The notes: generated by a model from the sequence alone, not told the origin. A stretch of DNA of 64,000 nucleotides from Octopus bimaculoides (GCF_001194135.2 NC_068982.1:166221382-166285381); one strand, 5' to 3'. Positions 49,853-64,000 are shown, counted from the first letter of the stretch. Numbers and translations are program-made.

Positions 49853-49855
<3 letters not shown>
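48440..49855 (-). mobile_element. Tc1 (DD34E) transposon, pseudogenised transposase with a 117-nt intron
   Basis: MPKTRELSECERGQIVAHH (paired-like HTH), VIWSDESNYE|VFGTSGATFVRRR, IMVWTCMS, FIFQQDNAPCHT, and PDLNLIEHLWE with 34 residues between D and E. The terminus CAGTCTTAGCCAAAATTATTAGGTCACC abuts (TA)n. The other TIR was not found. Confidence 0.9.
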
Positions 49856-49896
<41 letters not shown>

Positions 49897-49979
49897 NNNN
49901 NNNNNNNNNNNNNNNNNNNNNNNNNNNNNNNNNNNNNNNNNNNNNNNNNNNNNNNNNNNNNNNNNNNNNNNNNNNNNNN

Positions 49980-50075
<96 letters not shown>

Positions 50076-50498
50076 ATTTTCTTTCAGCAAATACGGGAGA
50101 CAACTCTGACTAACATGTTGAAGACTAGAGTTTGATGAATACTAAAACATATTCAAAGTAGTAGTATCATTGAGTAGATGTGCAAAAATTTACACTAATA
50201 AGCATAGAAAACTAGATCTGTTTAATGGATAAATTACAAAAATGTTATCAATACGAAAAACAAGGCTGTATCAATATATGTTATGAGGAACCATTAAAAC
50301 GTTAACTGGAGATAATTATGCAATCAGAGAAATAAAACAATTTATTAAATAGCTATTATTTAAATTCTTTTAGCAAGTGCAGCGGCAATTCCGGACACGT
50401 TTTAGCCGTACAAATTGCTGAATAACCAGCGATTGGCAGCTTGTCCTCAGAGCTGTTTGTGACTTGAGATATTTCACATTCAAATGATCCAGTCTATA

Positions 50499-51070
50499 TA
50501 AGGAGGTGCTGGAAAGTTCCTGACTTTGGGTAAAAGAAAATACAGGAGGATCAGTTAATTATGATTTTATTCAACATATTCTCCTCTCAGATTCACGCAC
50601 TCATTGCAGCTGTCCTTTAGTTTTTCTAAGCCCTGTAAAAAGAACTTGGAAGATTCGAACTTCAGACAGGCCTCTGTAGAAGTGATCATCTCCGAATCGG
50701 AGTGAAATTTCGTTCCCTTGAGATGTTTCTTCAGTTGTGGAAAGAGGTGATAAAGTCGGAGTCCAAGTCAGGAGAGTAAGGTGAGGGGTCTATCAATTTG
50801 AAGCCTAAGTCGCGTATTTTCCATAGCGTTCCATGTGTTGTGTGTGCTGGTGCAATGTCCTGGACACCACGGCGTTTCTGCTTCAAAGCTTCCTGCAGTT
50901 TGCCCAACAGAGACCTGTAGTATTTATCGGGGCTTTCCACTGTCCTGATAACACATCCACCGTGCTACCCTTGTGTATTGTTCAGGGCTGGAGGTTCGAA
51001 ATTCTTCCTTGGGGAGGTTGTGTTAAATTGGATAAGTGAGAGATACGTCTTTTGCATCGTTGAAATATAA
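50499..51070 (-). mobile_element. Mariner remnant (C-terminal transposase plus TIR)
   Basis: YYRSLLGKLQEALKQKRRG, DIAPAHT, PSPYSPDLDSDF. TA-flanked TIR taaggaggtgctggaaagttcctg. Confidence 0.8.
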
Positions 51071-51099
51071 AGTTTATCGGAAATAAGAAATATTGTTTT

Positions 51100-52200
51100 G
51101 TCCTTTTCCATGCTGTATAAAATGTAATCCCATTTCTTTCCCTATCTGTGCTTCGTTCGGATATTCCTTGCGTATGCCGCATAAGTATTTGAGAATTTTG
51201 CTACTAGTAGGAATTGCTGCGAATTTCATTTCGTTCACGTCAGAAGCTGGTTCCTCGTAACAGGACATTGGTTCTCCTTCATGAAATATGGTTTCTTTAG
51301 CGGAGAAAGCCTTTTTTCTTTCGTTGGGTCATTTTTGTGTTTGTTTTAGGAACTCTTAATCCTTTGGCCTTCTTTTTCGCAAATGAATGGTATGATACTG
51401 GTATCAAGGAATATTTTCAAGTGGTCCTTAGCTACTAACGGCTGTAATTACTGTTGTGGGTGGCTCTCCTTGACTTATCTGGTACTGGTTTGAAGAAACG
51501 GCTTTTGGGTCTCATGGCTTGCTAACGAATTGTGTCTGATGTCACCCCTCGGACCAACGTTGTCTACGTTTTATTATTGTTGGTGGTTGTTTTGCGTTTT
51601 CTGAGCAGAAAGCATTTAGACTACATTTACTGCAACATATATAACAGCTGAATCATCTACCTTAGATCCTAAGTCTTAAGGTCTTCTTTCCAGTACCCTC
51701 TATAGAACATAGATCTGGTATTGTTTTGTGGTTTTGCGAGGTCATTAGGTCTTGTATATCCATGGTGATCCCACCACACATCTCTCCAAATATATCATCT
51801 GCAAAGATGTAATCTTTGGCATGATATGTGGAGATATCATCATGATGTGAGGAACAAGCTTTCGGATAGGTGTATCACGTACTATTTGGACTTCGGCCTT
51901 CATCCTGTCCTTTTGTCAACCGCTGTAATACATGCGAGTATTTTTGCTAAGAACTCCTAAAACCTTTTCGCTCCCAGAAGAGACTAATAAAACACGTCTA
52001 CTTCGTCAGCAGCGAATAAGAAGAAGAACGGAATTATGTCTTTATTTCATAAATCTTAGGATGCATATATGTTTCAAGTAATCTTCGTGCATTCTGGCAA
52101 ACACTTCAAATCTCTTCATGTCTGTTCCATGATAGCATCGTGGTCTGTTTAAGAACCCTTGATCTAGACATGAAAGACTATCGAAATTATAGTGAGACTA
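51100..52200 (-). mobile_element. Possible heavily decayed RTE-type LINE RT region
   Basis: Minus-strand fragments IFADDI (YADD-like), KAKGLRVPKTNTK (KGLKVN..KTK-like) and RSNS occur in the expected order. Confidence 0.3.
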
Positions 52201-54820
52201 GTTTGGATTTACAAGCTTTGTTGCTGTAGGACTACTACAATCACGATGCAGTTTGAACGATAAAATTAAGGTCAATGTAGTAGCCTTTAACCGATATATT
52301 GTTCTATTGACTCAATCAAATTCAATACATTTTAATAAGCTGGAATTTGTTTTGTTTCCTTCAATAGAAAATCTTTACTTTTGAGTTTTGTTTCTTGTAT
52401 TTCTTTTTCGGTTTTCTCTTCCTCGATCGATTCATTTTGCTTTATAAAAGAGATGCTAAGACAATGTTATTTCAGTGGGGAAATTCCAAGAACACTGTTA
52501 AAACTGATTAAGTCTAGTTTATTTGTGCGTTACCATTTTATATTTCTCATTTAATATTCAGGACTTAGCTTCAAGCTGTGACCCAAGATCATTATACGAC
52601 GCCCTTCACTATATCAACGATTTTTTCTCATAGTGTTTCGCATGATTAAATTGTCATAGAAACCCTTCTGTACTATGAATGCGTGAGTGTGTTTATTATG
52701 TGAAAGTACGCGATGTGTTTTTATTGTTTATGAGTACGTATGATTACGAAAAACATTGTGTATATATACGTGTGTGTGTGTGTAATATATATATATATAT
52801 ATTAGTTTTTGTGCGTGTGTGTTTTATTCCTTAATAATCGAAAACTCGGTTCAAATCTTCTAACATTTTGCGATTTACGATCATTATAAAATCGATTTAT
52901 CATAAACTATATATTTTATGTGATTATCTTACAGCTCTTAATTGTTGAATGATATTTAGCGAATACGTTTTTTATGGTTTTATATTGGCGTCAAAATTTA
53001 TAGCGAGACCACAGTGGAATAATTATATTCCTTTTAATTCACAAAAAAATTCTTAATATAACACAGAAGTGCAGACTTTTAATACGGAAGAAAATTACTT
53101 TATTTCGAAGAATCTGCTGTATTTTTTCAGAATTGTAATAGCACTAAATCGAAATTGCTTGGAACATTTTCAAAAGCTTTATAAATACAAATATACATGC
53201 GCTTTCAGGATGTGTGTGTGTGATATTGATTTCATGTTAGATGTCTTCTCTTGAAAATGCATATAATATTTAATTCCTACCCAATTATATGTATGTATAT
53301 AAAATTAATAATGCCTAATGTTGCCAAAAATGCAAATTTCATGCTCAACTATGAAAATCTTTATAAAATCCGGAAACAACTGAAGAAATTACAGAAAGTC
53401 GAATGTCAAAACTTTAGTATTTGCCTTGCAGCAAATATAGTCCACAATATAGGCAGTGTGCCAATAATTCTGCAGAATCTTACTACTGTATATTCCCAAA
53501 AGCTTTCACTGCATTATTTGACATTTTCGAAGATTACAATAATTCACCATGAGAAAATTACATTCTAGTCTTATCATTGAACTAGTTCAAATCCCACCAG
53601 AGTTGACTTTGACATTCTGTCTCTGCGGAATCGATAAACTGAGTACCAGGCATGTGCTAAAATCAATAAAATCGATTATATTATACTCATTTCCTAAATC
53701 AAAAGTGTGACTTTGTTTCAATTTAAGAAACATTATTGCAAATGAAATTTGCATATCTGCTTTATTCTCTTTATTCTTTTGTTTCTACTATTTTGTAGTC
53801 GCTATTTTTTCATTTTTATTTCTTTTTTATGGCTCAACGGTTGACTTTATAAAAAATTTCCTAAGTCCTAGGTTCGATTCTACCGTGCAGGAGTCTTCTA
53901 CAGTTTTGACTCGATCCGAATAAGGGAAACCTTATCCAACAGGAATACTTGGACTCTGGGTGCGTTTAGCAAAGTTCGTTCTGTTGTAAGCGCTTGTACT
54001 AGGCCTCCTGCCTGAAGATAACTTAATTTCTTATTGCTGTAATCAGCAGCAACTCGTAAAACGGAGTTCCTTACACTATTTTCTTGAACTTCTGTAAAAA
54101 GCTAAAGTTCTTTCTTTCTCTTATGACTAAGCCATAAGAACAATCTCTTATCTCAGTTTCGAAATTGAATCACGAACTCAGTTCATTGGAAATTTACCAA
54201 CCTCTTGTCCTACGGTACTCATACAGTCAGAAGTTTGTATTTTTATAAGACCAAAAGAAAAAAAAACGGAGTAGGCTAAATTGAATTCAATTAATATTAA
54301 TATTTGACTGCTACTACTTCATCGGCTCTGAAAGGATTTAAGAGCAAAGTAGCTCTCGACGGAATTTGAACTCAGAAGATAAAGGGTGAAACTAAATACC
54401 GCAAGGCATTTTATCCGGCGCTTTACATATTCAGTTAATCACCACTTACCAGAAAATAATAAAGAGAAAAATATTTTTAAATCTATCATACAACGACAAA
54501 TTCATAGAATTGTATGAGATAAAGTGATGTCCATGTTTATCTCGAGAGCATTAGTGGTGTTAGTGAACAAAGTTTAACAAAAGTCTTTCAAATATTTGCA
54601 GAACATATCATGCGATATAAACTGTTTATAAAATTTTTAATGATTCTGCTCAAGCAACATCGATTATACTTAAATGCGCGCTCACACACACACACGCACA
54701 CACTGTCAAAGCTCTAACAATTTTATCCTTTTGACAAAAATTCGCGAAAGAAATCAATATCGGCTACACATACACAAATCAAGTGTAGATACAGTAATGA
54801 GTGTAAAATTGTGTTTGTAT

Positions 54821-54851
<31 letters not shown>

Positions 54852-54879
54852 TCTCTTTCTCACACACACNNNNNNNNNN

Positions 54880-54919
<40 letters not shown>

Positions 54920-57900
54920 GTATTATACTCGCATCATATTTTTAATGGTGATACACCTCTATGACTAATTCTAGGAAACTGAAACCTGTACAAGAGTGAT
55001 CGCACACGTGTTTATGGTCGTGATTTTGTTTCTTTACTTTTAACTCTATTCCAGTGAAATGCTTTGTTCCACTCTCAATTTCTTTAGCATCAAATTCTTA
55101 CGACTTACAGATTATAATGTGCGTGCATGTATGAGTGAGATTTATGTGTATGTGTGTGAAATGTGTTCTAATATATTTCAGTTCTGTATAAAACACAAAA
55201 GCAACGTTTTAGATTGATTATGGAATTAGTGGATATCCAGCCAGACTAATAAAGGTAGGCGTGATCTCGTGACTGAGGAATTTCGATATTTCTAGTCTAG
55301 CAACAAAAAGCTATTGAATGTATAAAATCGCTATGAATGGACTGTGCGAAAGTATGCTAAATGGTGAAAGTTACAGTTAAACATTTTCAGAAAAGCTACA
55401 ACTAACCAGGTTCGTTTACTTTTGAGGTCAGTATATGATACATTCTTTTCCTCCGCCAAACTTCAGCAATATGACTTGAACATCATGACACCTGCCATAG
55501 ACGCAGCAAGCGTGTGTCATTGAGTCCTCAATCTTTTCTTTTGCACAACAATCATGTTTCCAATGACTTAGCAGGAGCATTTAGCCAACAATGTATCATA
55601 GACATACAAGTGACAAAATTTTGCTTGTCTCACTGGAAACGGGAAAATGACAAAAGGACTTCAGAAAACTAGTAACTGCATCAGATTAATTTATAGAAAG
55701 TTAAATGATTATAAAATGCATTTCATTTTGTTAGCGTATATGGTCGCTTTTAAATCTTCTCTTGAAAACGTACCTGCCGTGACAACAAGGTTATGGGTAT
55801 AATGCTAGTGCATTCAATGAAGATTTGGCGGCTTCGTTCCGTAGAAATTAATAATAATATAAGCAAGGAAGACTACAAAGACCCTTTAAGTGTTTTACTT
55901 AAAGGTACCTCGGAACTCAAGGATTCGAATGTTAGGCTGTATTCGGACGTCATTGAATCGTAGGAAGAAGTTTAGATTCCGTTCTGTGAATATAAAGACA
56001 CGTAAGGAAAGCGGGGGGGGGATCATCCTTAACTTGTAAGAAAAATAAGATATCTGCAGGGCGTAGTCAAGATGGGTGTTCACATAGCTTGACAATGTAT
56101 TTTCATCGTAAACAGGGAGATGGAGAGCTGGAAGAACCCCCAGAATGTTACCCGTTTTGTTGTGGCCGTAGATTCAGGACATTGACAGTATAAAAGATTG
56201 CATCCCTAGAAAGAATAATATCGTCAAAAATTGCAGAAATTTTTACCATATCCTGTTCCCGATCGATGAAGAGAATGTCCTGCAGCAGAAGTTACATGCA
56301 AAGTTCCAACTAAATTATGTATGAATATGCGTATGACCAATTTTCTGCAAAACCCTTCTTTTTCTTTCGCCTATTTAAAGATCACAACTGACTTCTTTCT
56401 TTCTTACCTTTGCTTCTTTTAAAGGGACAAACCTCGTCATCAATGAGCATATTTATCCGACTTCTTTTGGCCAATACGCATATGCATCACTGACTTTTAT
56501 ATATTTTTATATGCATACACACACACTCAAACATATATACTCATGTGAACTTGTGTATAAACAGTGTTGGTTAGCGTATATTAAATTCGTTTCTTCCTAT
56601 TCTTGTGCATCTCTTATCTTTTGCGTGTCTCTAGCATCTCTTCACTCTCTTTCACGTTCTTTCCGTGGTGAAGATATTCTAAATCGAACCGAACTGTAGA
56701 TGAATTATTCAACACCTCAATAAATCATGGTGGAAATGTCATTAACCCTTTATCACAATCAATATGAAATGCTAAGGCGCCAGATCTCATACGGGGCGCT
56801 TTTATCAATCCAATAATTATATAATGATCTCTCAATTTAGATTTAAGTATGTGAAAAGTAGTGCATGTAGTTAGGATTAGGAGTTTGATTGTATACAACA
56901 ATTTAGGCAGCGTTAATCATGTTTACTGCTCCAATATTCACAAATAATCGTAATACGCTTGAACATAGTGACGAAAAGTGATTGGTAGCATCTTTATATC
57001 TTATCTATCTATCGATATAGCTGTTTATCCATTTACAAAATTTACCATCTTTATATCTTTATCTATTCATCCATCTATCCACCAACCTGTCTATACTTAT
57101 ACCTACCAAGCTATATCTTTGTATAGATTTCCACCAGTTGTCTCAACCATCTATCTATCTCTTTCACCATCACTTCATCTATCCTGCTTGCCAGTCTTCT
57201 ATTTATCAATCCTTAGAAGGAAACTAATGCAGGGAAGCAAGTATATAACCTTGATTAAGCTGTCTTGATAATAAATCTCTCTTGATCATCAATATTGGAT
57301 GTGTTTGCACTGTTTCATGACGTTCTGTTTGAATGTATGCATGTGGGGGTGATGTAGCTTTACATCATAGACTTCCAAGATGTATTACATTAACATCTTT
57401 CACTAATATGACTGGCATTTTCAATGAAGAGACTTTGTGTTAACTCATGGAACGAATAAGTAATTTAATTATCTGAGAGTAATAAAGCATTAATTTCAGG
57501 ACTGCACGACTTCTCAGCTATAAGAATATACATAAAAGATAATTAGTCTTGTTAAGATTGCATTTCTATAGAGTAAAGCAAATTGATGTGATGATAGCCA
57601 TGCGTTTCTCAAGAAACATGTATTAATCCTTTCACTGACCTGGGGAATTCAAGGGATAGGCTGCTAGAGACAAATCTTATGAGGTACGTCCTATCACAGG
57701 TCACTTTTCCACAGGTTGATTTGAACACGGTACTATAAGCCAATAAAAATACTCAAATCTGTAGTAAAGCTGCTGCTTAAAACAGATTACTGTACATATC
57801 CGCTCTTCTTTTACAACTCAAATAACAAAATGATTTAATCAACCAACACAGTCTGATTATTTTCTAATTGGTTTAAAATTATACTAGAAATATGAGTAAA

Positions 57901-58203
57901 TTACTGAAATCAAAAGAATAGCTATTTTGAAGTTTAAGCGAACTATATTGGTTTGCTTTAAAGAAAAGTCTAACGCAGTGATTTCTAAACAGTTTGCTAC
58001 AAGAGGTATCTAAATGCGTAGTGGGATTTCAAAAATAATATTTTAAGACTTTATAAAATCCATATGACGAGTATGCTTGAACGTCATGAAAAACGTTATT
58101 CATAAGACTGTTATATACAAGCATGATCAATAAAACAAGGATAGCGTTATTTTTCTACATTTTTTTAACTTCAAAACAGATTCTTAACTTTCCATACCGA
58201 GGG

Positions 58204-58205
<2 letters not shown>

Positions 58206-58280
<75 letters not shown>
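58206..58280. repeat. (TA)n microsatellite
   Basis: Direct reading. Confidence 0.95.
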
Positions 58281-58284
<4 letters not shown>

Positions 58285-58379
58285 TAATACAAATAATATG
58301 TGAGTATATGCATATATACGTACATGTATATATAGATGCATATCTGGGTACAGGACATCACAAAGAAACGTGGACAAAA

Positions 58380-59900
58380 TGAAAAACGAGAACATAGAGC
58401 ACGGAAAGCGAACTTTTTTTCGGACAACGGTAGGAACACACAGGAAAACAGACAGGCCACATAGAGAACATTTCCTTCATCAGCTGCCCCTATTCTAAAC
58501 TAAAACCAGTGCTATACAAGGTTCGAAAGACTGAGAACTACTCTTCTAACGTTTAAGAAACTTTCGTCGAGAAATGTTGTTTTCTGATGCTATCGAATGA
58601 ATGGGTTGGGAGTAGTGAGAGGAGGAAACAATAAGATAGTAAAGAATTGAGGAGGAGGCTATTGCAGCGAGAAACAAGTGTTAAGGGGACGGTGGATTCA
58701 GAAAGAAGATAATCATCACAAATTTGAAAAATGGAGTTAAGGTCAAGAGATCATAAGAAAAAAATATAATGGATGTCGTGAAGCTGAAAACGTGATAGGT
58801 AGATCGAGTAGGAGAATGTGAGTTATCATTATTGCCAACTGATGAAGTTTTTGGAGTAAAAGGAGTATGTTTATCTTTCCACTTGCCGACATGGAGCGAA
58901 CTATAGTGTAAAGTGAGTACGCAATCTTAGAGGTTGTCCAAAGAATAATCTGATGAATTAAAATGTCTTGCCACGGGTTTGGAGAGTACTTGCATGTCAT
59001 CGTAAACTTCGAGGAGGCACTCGGGGAAGCGATCGCCTAAAGGACGTCGATTTTACCCATGTGCAGTGATTTGCAGAATTTACAGGTGAAAAAGGAAATA
59101 ATTTTAGCAGTGATTTGGGGCAAGTTATGTGTAGCATATACAACGGGAGTATTTGAAGATGAGTATAATTTACAAGAGGTCAAAAGGAGTTGTCCAAAGT
59201 TTGTAGTCAGAAAGTCAGAAGGAAGGAAGTGGAAGTTGCGGAGAATATCCTGTTCAAGCAGCAAAGGTGACGACTGAATATAGTAGGCGACTGAATACTC
59301 CCTTTGGGCGTGTAAAATAAGTGCTGAGGCTCTATAAGTGACCTGTTACCAGCTGCGCACAGCGTTAATTGTTAAGTCAAGAATTTTTCATGCGAGGAAA
59401 ATTGATTCATCTATTCGGATTTGGAAACGAAATTAGAATCCTCGCTGCATAATCGTCAGAGATGGAGGTGACAGTTTTAGAGCAAGATGAACATTCGAGG
59501 TAGGAGTGTTAACCAGTAAGTTTATATTGCACTGCATTCGATATAAAGGCTACAGAAAGTGACAAATGCGCTGGTGATGTTTGAAGTATATTCTACAGTA
59601 GATTGAAAGGTATTGATATATAAGATGAAGACCGTAAATTCATCTCTGGAGAACGAAGTAGCATCGGTACATTCGTCAATGTAAGGACCGTTTATGTCCC
59701 GGGTGGATTTGGTGGATTGGGAAAACATCTGAGCCTCAGTACAGCTTACAAAAGGTTAGCGTAACTGGAGCCCATCTTGGTTCCCTTAGATATATTGGTG
59801 GCTTGCTGGTAGAACTTACCGGACGAGGAACAGTTTAGAGTAAGAACGAGTTAGGTGAAAAAGAGAGGAGCTGCTAAATTCAGGTGAGGGACTGAGATTG
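58380..59900 (-). mobile_element. Decayed Penelope-like element (RT plus GIY-YIG endonuclease plus pLTR-like tail)
   Basis: LVLTLN..FYQQ..GTKMGSSYANL, PYIDE (YIDD), RLCSEDSNFVSKSE, IISFFTCKFCKSLHMG (GIY-YIG second motif) and SKPVARHFN, all in PLE order. Degenerate CTGATGA / AAACGTT cores lie downstream. Confidence 0.8.
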
Positions 59901-60390
59901 ACGAATATAGAAAATACTTGTTTGATTTGGTGGACCTGGTAGTTAAAAACTAAAGTTCTAAGTCATGGTCATTGTAAAATGAGAGAGATATGATACGAAC
60001 CCTCTTTTCATCTGACCATTTATAATTTCTCAAAGTTAGTGGATTGAAATAAAACGCCTACAATTGCGAAAAGTAACTGGCGATCGTTCAAGAGCTTACT
60101 TACATTCTACGGAGTTTGCTGCAACTAAATTTTCCATTTTATATAAATATAAGTAATCATACAGTGAAAATTGCTCTAATCCTTTATCTATTTATTTAAA
60201 CATAACACTGAACAAAATATCACAAACTTTTATAACGTGCATATATACTTTAAATAACCAAAGCTTTTCACCCACCTATTCTGGATCAAAGAATATTCTA
60301 AAGAAAACTAAAACTCCGATAGTTCAAATTTTGTGTGTGAATTCCGTGTACATCTAGTACGCCTTGAATGATATCTGTGCGTGGAAGATA

Positions 60391-61198
60391 CAGGGTGCGG
60401 TGAATAACCTGTCGTCTAAATGATGTAAAATGAAAATAACACTGACATTTCATTTTAAGATATATCTACCAAACTTACATAAAATATCTTGAAATACTAA
60501 AGAGTAAATGTTTTCAATAGCATCGCCATTGGCTTCAACCACGGCCTCCAGTCGACTTTGGAATCTCCTGCAGCTCTTCTCGATGGTCTCCTTGTTTAAG
60601 GTGGTAAATACTGCCATAATCCTTGCCTTCAGTTCATCTTTAGTGTTACAAGGAGTTTTGTTGGTCTCTCGTTCAACTGCGCCCCACGCATAATAATCAG
60701 TCTGGGGAGTTAGGTGGCCAGATGTTAGGGATGATGCGGTATAGTGCAGAGTCCTGTTTCCAGACATAGGGTCTTCCAGGGCAGCACTATCTCCTCCAGG
60801 CACTTGATATAGGCCTCCGTGTTGACTGTGAGGCCGTGTGGGAAGATAAATGGAGGCATAACGTTGCCATCACTAGTAATTATTCCAAACACCATGATGC
60901 TGACTTCGTAATCACCATTAGTCTCTTTCAACTCTTTCCGAATCGTTCTGCACTGTCCTCAGATTGACACCCAAACACTCTGAAATGTTCGTATTGGAGC
61001 TTACGACGCGAATGCCAAGCAGTAAAGCATGTCGTTTCCAAATTTCTGGCAGAGTGAATTGTGTCATGGTGCTGTTTTTCTCACAGATGGTGCCCAGCTG
61101 ACCCAACTATACTGTGTAGTCGACAAAGTCAAAATCAAACAATGCGCATGCACGAAATTAAAAATATAAAATGGAGACAATTTACCCATCGCATCCTG
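60391..61198 (-). mobile_element. Internally deleted maT/Bmmar1-like Tc1/mariner element
   Basis: Imperfect TIRs cagggtgcggtgaataacctgtc / reverse complement caggatgcgatgggtaaattgtc, with TA at the left. Motifs IMVFGIITSDG.VMPPFIFP, RPYVWKQDSA, IWPPNSPD, DYYAWG and SRLEAVVEANG. The DD37D spacing cannot be counted because of deletions. Confidence 0.8.
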
Positions 61199-63539
61199 TG
61201 TGTTATTCTAAAATAGTTGTACTATCAAAACCTGTTAAATTGTTTCTGATGGATCAGGGATGAAGTACATATGCGGTACAAGAGTACAAGTTTCCGCGTT
61301 TTGAATGTTCCTTGCGCATGACCCGGAGTTAAAACATATGCTTATTTCTTGGTCATCTTTTATTGCACATCCATTCACACTACGCAGGACTTGAGATCAG
61401 ATCGTAAAAGAACACAACTAAATACTGCTAAACGTTTTAGTTTACATTTTACTTCTGTCATTTCGCCACACCCGTACATGTACCTGTTTTTTTCTTTTGT
61501 TTTTTTTTCTTATCTTTGTCAAAGAAACACAAAAATTAGTAACAGAATTTTATAAAGTGTGTAAGCTTGGCTGAATGAGCACTTGAGTAGAGTCGAGAAT
61601 AATTCTAAGATTTAGAATCACGATCTTCCAGTTGCTAATCATGTAGCTCTGTAACTTACATTTCGAATAAAAATATCTTCACGGTAAGTCTACATGTACA
61701 AGCTGTATTAGTTTATATACAGTATACTTTTATATTTAACCATTCTCGAATATATCCCATTACATCAATTTTCTTCCGCACCTGTATCTATCATAAATAA
61801 CTAGTATAATTTACTCTCAGAATTCAGAGGAATTGTGCCAACACCTACGCAGTTTTCACTACTTTCTATCATCTTCCAACATTTTTTTAACTTCGATTCT
61901 TTCTTCTTTTTTTCTTTCGTACATCCACTACTGGTATTCTTCAAACGTGTTCTCAGCAAAAGTCGTGATGTTTCAGTTGATAACCTGCTAGAAGTTGAAA
62001 CTACAACAGGAAACATTAAAAATAAATCAGTTATGAAAATAAAAATAAAGCCGCATATCTACAGTTTATCTGGAATACTATAGCAATGCATTAATTAAAC
62101 ATATCGACAGATTGAAATTTAGACTTTGTATTTTATTTTATTTGTGCTTGTTGTTTTGTGTCGTTTTTAATAAACACAGGGAACTGTGCAAATATAATGG
62201 AATTGGAATTAACAATATATTTTCACTCCATCACAGTCAAATCCTAATGGATTGGTATTTAATCATCCTTACTACGTTTGTGATCAATTAAAAGCACCAA
62301 GAATTTCCTGGCAAGTAGAGACTTTCTTTCCCCGTTCACTTGAGTTACAAATAAGCTTACAAAAAGAGTAGACCTGATTTTCACGCATATCTCATTCCAT
62401 TCGCTTAACAGTAGTTCCTTGTACCTAGGCTAAGAAACTACTATTCTTTAATATGTATTTTGTTTCCTTGATTTGTTTTTATTAAACAGTTCAATGGATT
62501 GCAAAGGTCATTGTGTGAGCATCGTAGAATGGCAGTCAGTTTTTGTAGCAAAGGTTCAACTTCTCCTATGATCCATAATCACTTCAGTTACTCTTTTTAT
62601 CTGCAATTTTTAATAATCTAGAGGACAAAATGGGCATTTACATTAATGTACCCTCGACACTAACTATTAGGCGTTGGAGGACACGTTTAGCTCTTAATTA
62701 GATTAGATTGAAATACTCTGAATGACGAATACTCTGTCGTTGAGCGTTGTGACCAATGTTTATGGATAATTGCGTTTTCATTGATGTTATGTTTGTATCT
62801 CACAGCTCAATCGGTACATTAGTTCATCTGTTGGTTCTGTAACTGTCTGCGGATACTGTCGAAATAGATTCCATTTGTGTCAATATTCGACGTAAACTTA
62901 TCTAACAAACGCATTGCAGCAGTTCTTCGTAAATCTTACATTGAAGTATTTATCGCTGGTGTTACGATAACCGCTGTTGTTGTCAGTTATTAAATATATT
63001 TAATCCGAATAAATCTTACTTCCAATCGCCCTGGTTTTTATGTAGCTCAGATGGTTCTCGTTTTGATTATTTCAATTCTTGTCAGAAAGACATCACAGAG
63101 GTTGACATTCCATTAAACTTATATTTCTATTTTCGTATAAACATTAAGCTTATGGCATTTCATTTATAACAACAGTTTAAGTATAACCAAAGATTTTAAA
63201 TAGTTAGAAACGGGTAGCAGCTTGTATTTAGTATTAACGTCTATTTTACAAAATTTGATTTACAGTCTTGAATCTGCTTCGTGATGTTCTGGTATTCATC
63301 AAGTCAACGCTTGAGTACATAATGCAGATGACCTGATAAAATTTTATTTGAAGGTGACCGGAGATGTAACGCCACAAATATTTGAGAGAGAGAAGGGAAG
63401 ACAGAATTTAATCAATTTAAGCTGTTAGCAAAACAAAGAAACGAATATAGGATTATAACATTAATTCCCCCAAGACTGATCCTATCTAGCCTATACTTTT
63501 TAAACACTTTAGCTTGATAGTGTCTTTCATTGTTAATTC

Positions 63540-63700
63540 CTTTGTATTTAAGATGGTGGAATGGCAGAAATAGAGCACTCAACTTAAATCCCTTACTAGA
63601 TTTAGTTCCGTATCTCTACGAGCTGAGATAGTTCAATTTGTTTTTGATTCCTTGAGGATCAATACAATAAATACAGATCATATCCTGTAAATGATACAGT
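63540..63700 (+). mobile_element. Decayed SINE family A copy
   Basis: aagatggtggaatggcagaaatag...tacgagctgagatagttcaattt...gaggatcaatacaataaatac. Confidence 0.5.
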
Positions 63701-64000
63701 ACAATTATTTGTTCTTATGCCAATGCCACAAAATCTCTAATTTATTTTGATTAGTAATAATATTAATTCTCTTAAATTAATTTATAGTCAAAGTTAATTT
63801 AGTATCTATATATTTTTATCGCCGAGATATCGATAGAAATGATAGTCGTACACGTATATAAATTAAAGCCAGGACAATGTTGGGAAAACAACGAATTATT
63901 CTCTGTTACATATCAATTTCTTTGTCTAAGCGGCAACGGATATGGTTTTTGTGCAACTTGTTTATGAGGCGATGCAAGATACTCTGTTATTTAAAGTTTG

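Noticed and set aside
53251-53568. 105-aa ORF
   Set aside because: Ile/Asn/Lys-biased translation of very AT-rich DNA, consistent with chance.
58395-58490. Active hammerhead at the PLE tail
   Set aside because: CUGAUGA and GAAA are present on the minus strand, but no stem I pairing was found.

Overview
AT-rich, microsatellite- and transposon-dense animal genomic DNA with five N-gaps. The SINE families resemble those I recall from Octopus, so a cephalopod origin is inferred, not shown. One spliced protein-coding gene of unrecognised family is supported on the + strand: exons 1535-2272, 24458-24854 and probably 28323-28435 (about 415 aa, 22 kb first intron). The rest is mostly decayed mobile DNA: two or three tRNA-type SINE families, two mariner (DD34D-type) remnants plus a derived MITE, a maT-like element, a DD34E Tc1 whose transposase contains a spliceosomal intron, Penelope-like (PLE) remnants, ORF1-like retroelement relics, several foldback MITEs and a CpG-rich satellite. 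The most striking unexplained structure is a 586-bp ORF-less foldback (46592-47177) with a type-I hammerhead ribozyme motif in each arm, one copy keeping an intact catalytic core. No rRNA, functional tRNA or CRISPR array is supported. All alignments and translations were done by eye.
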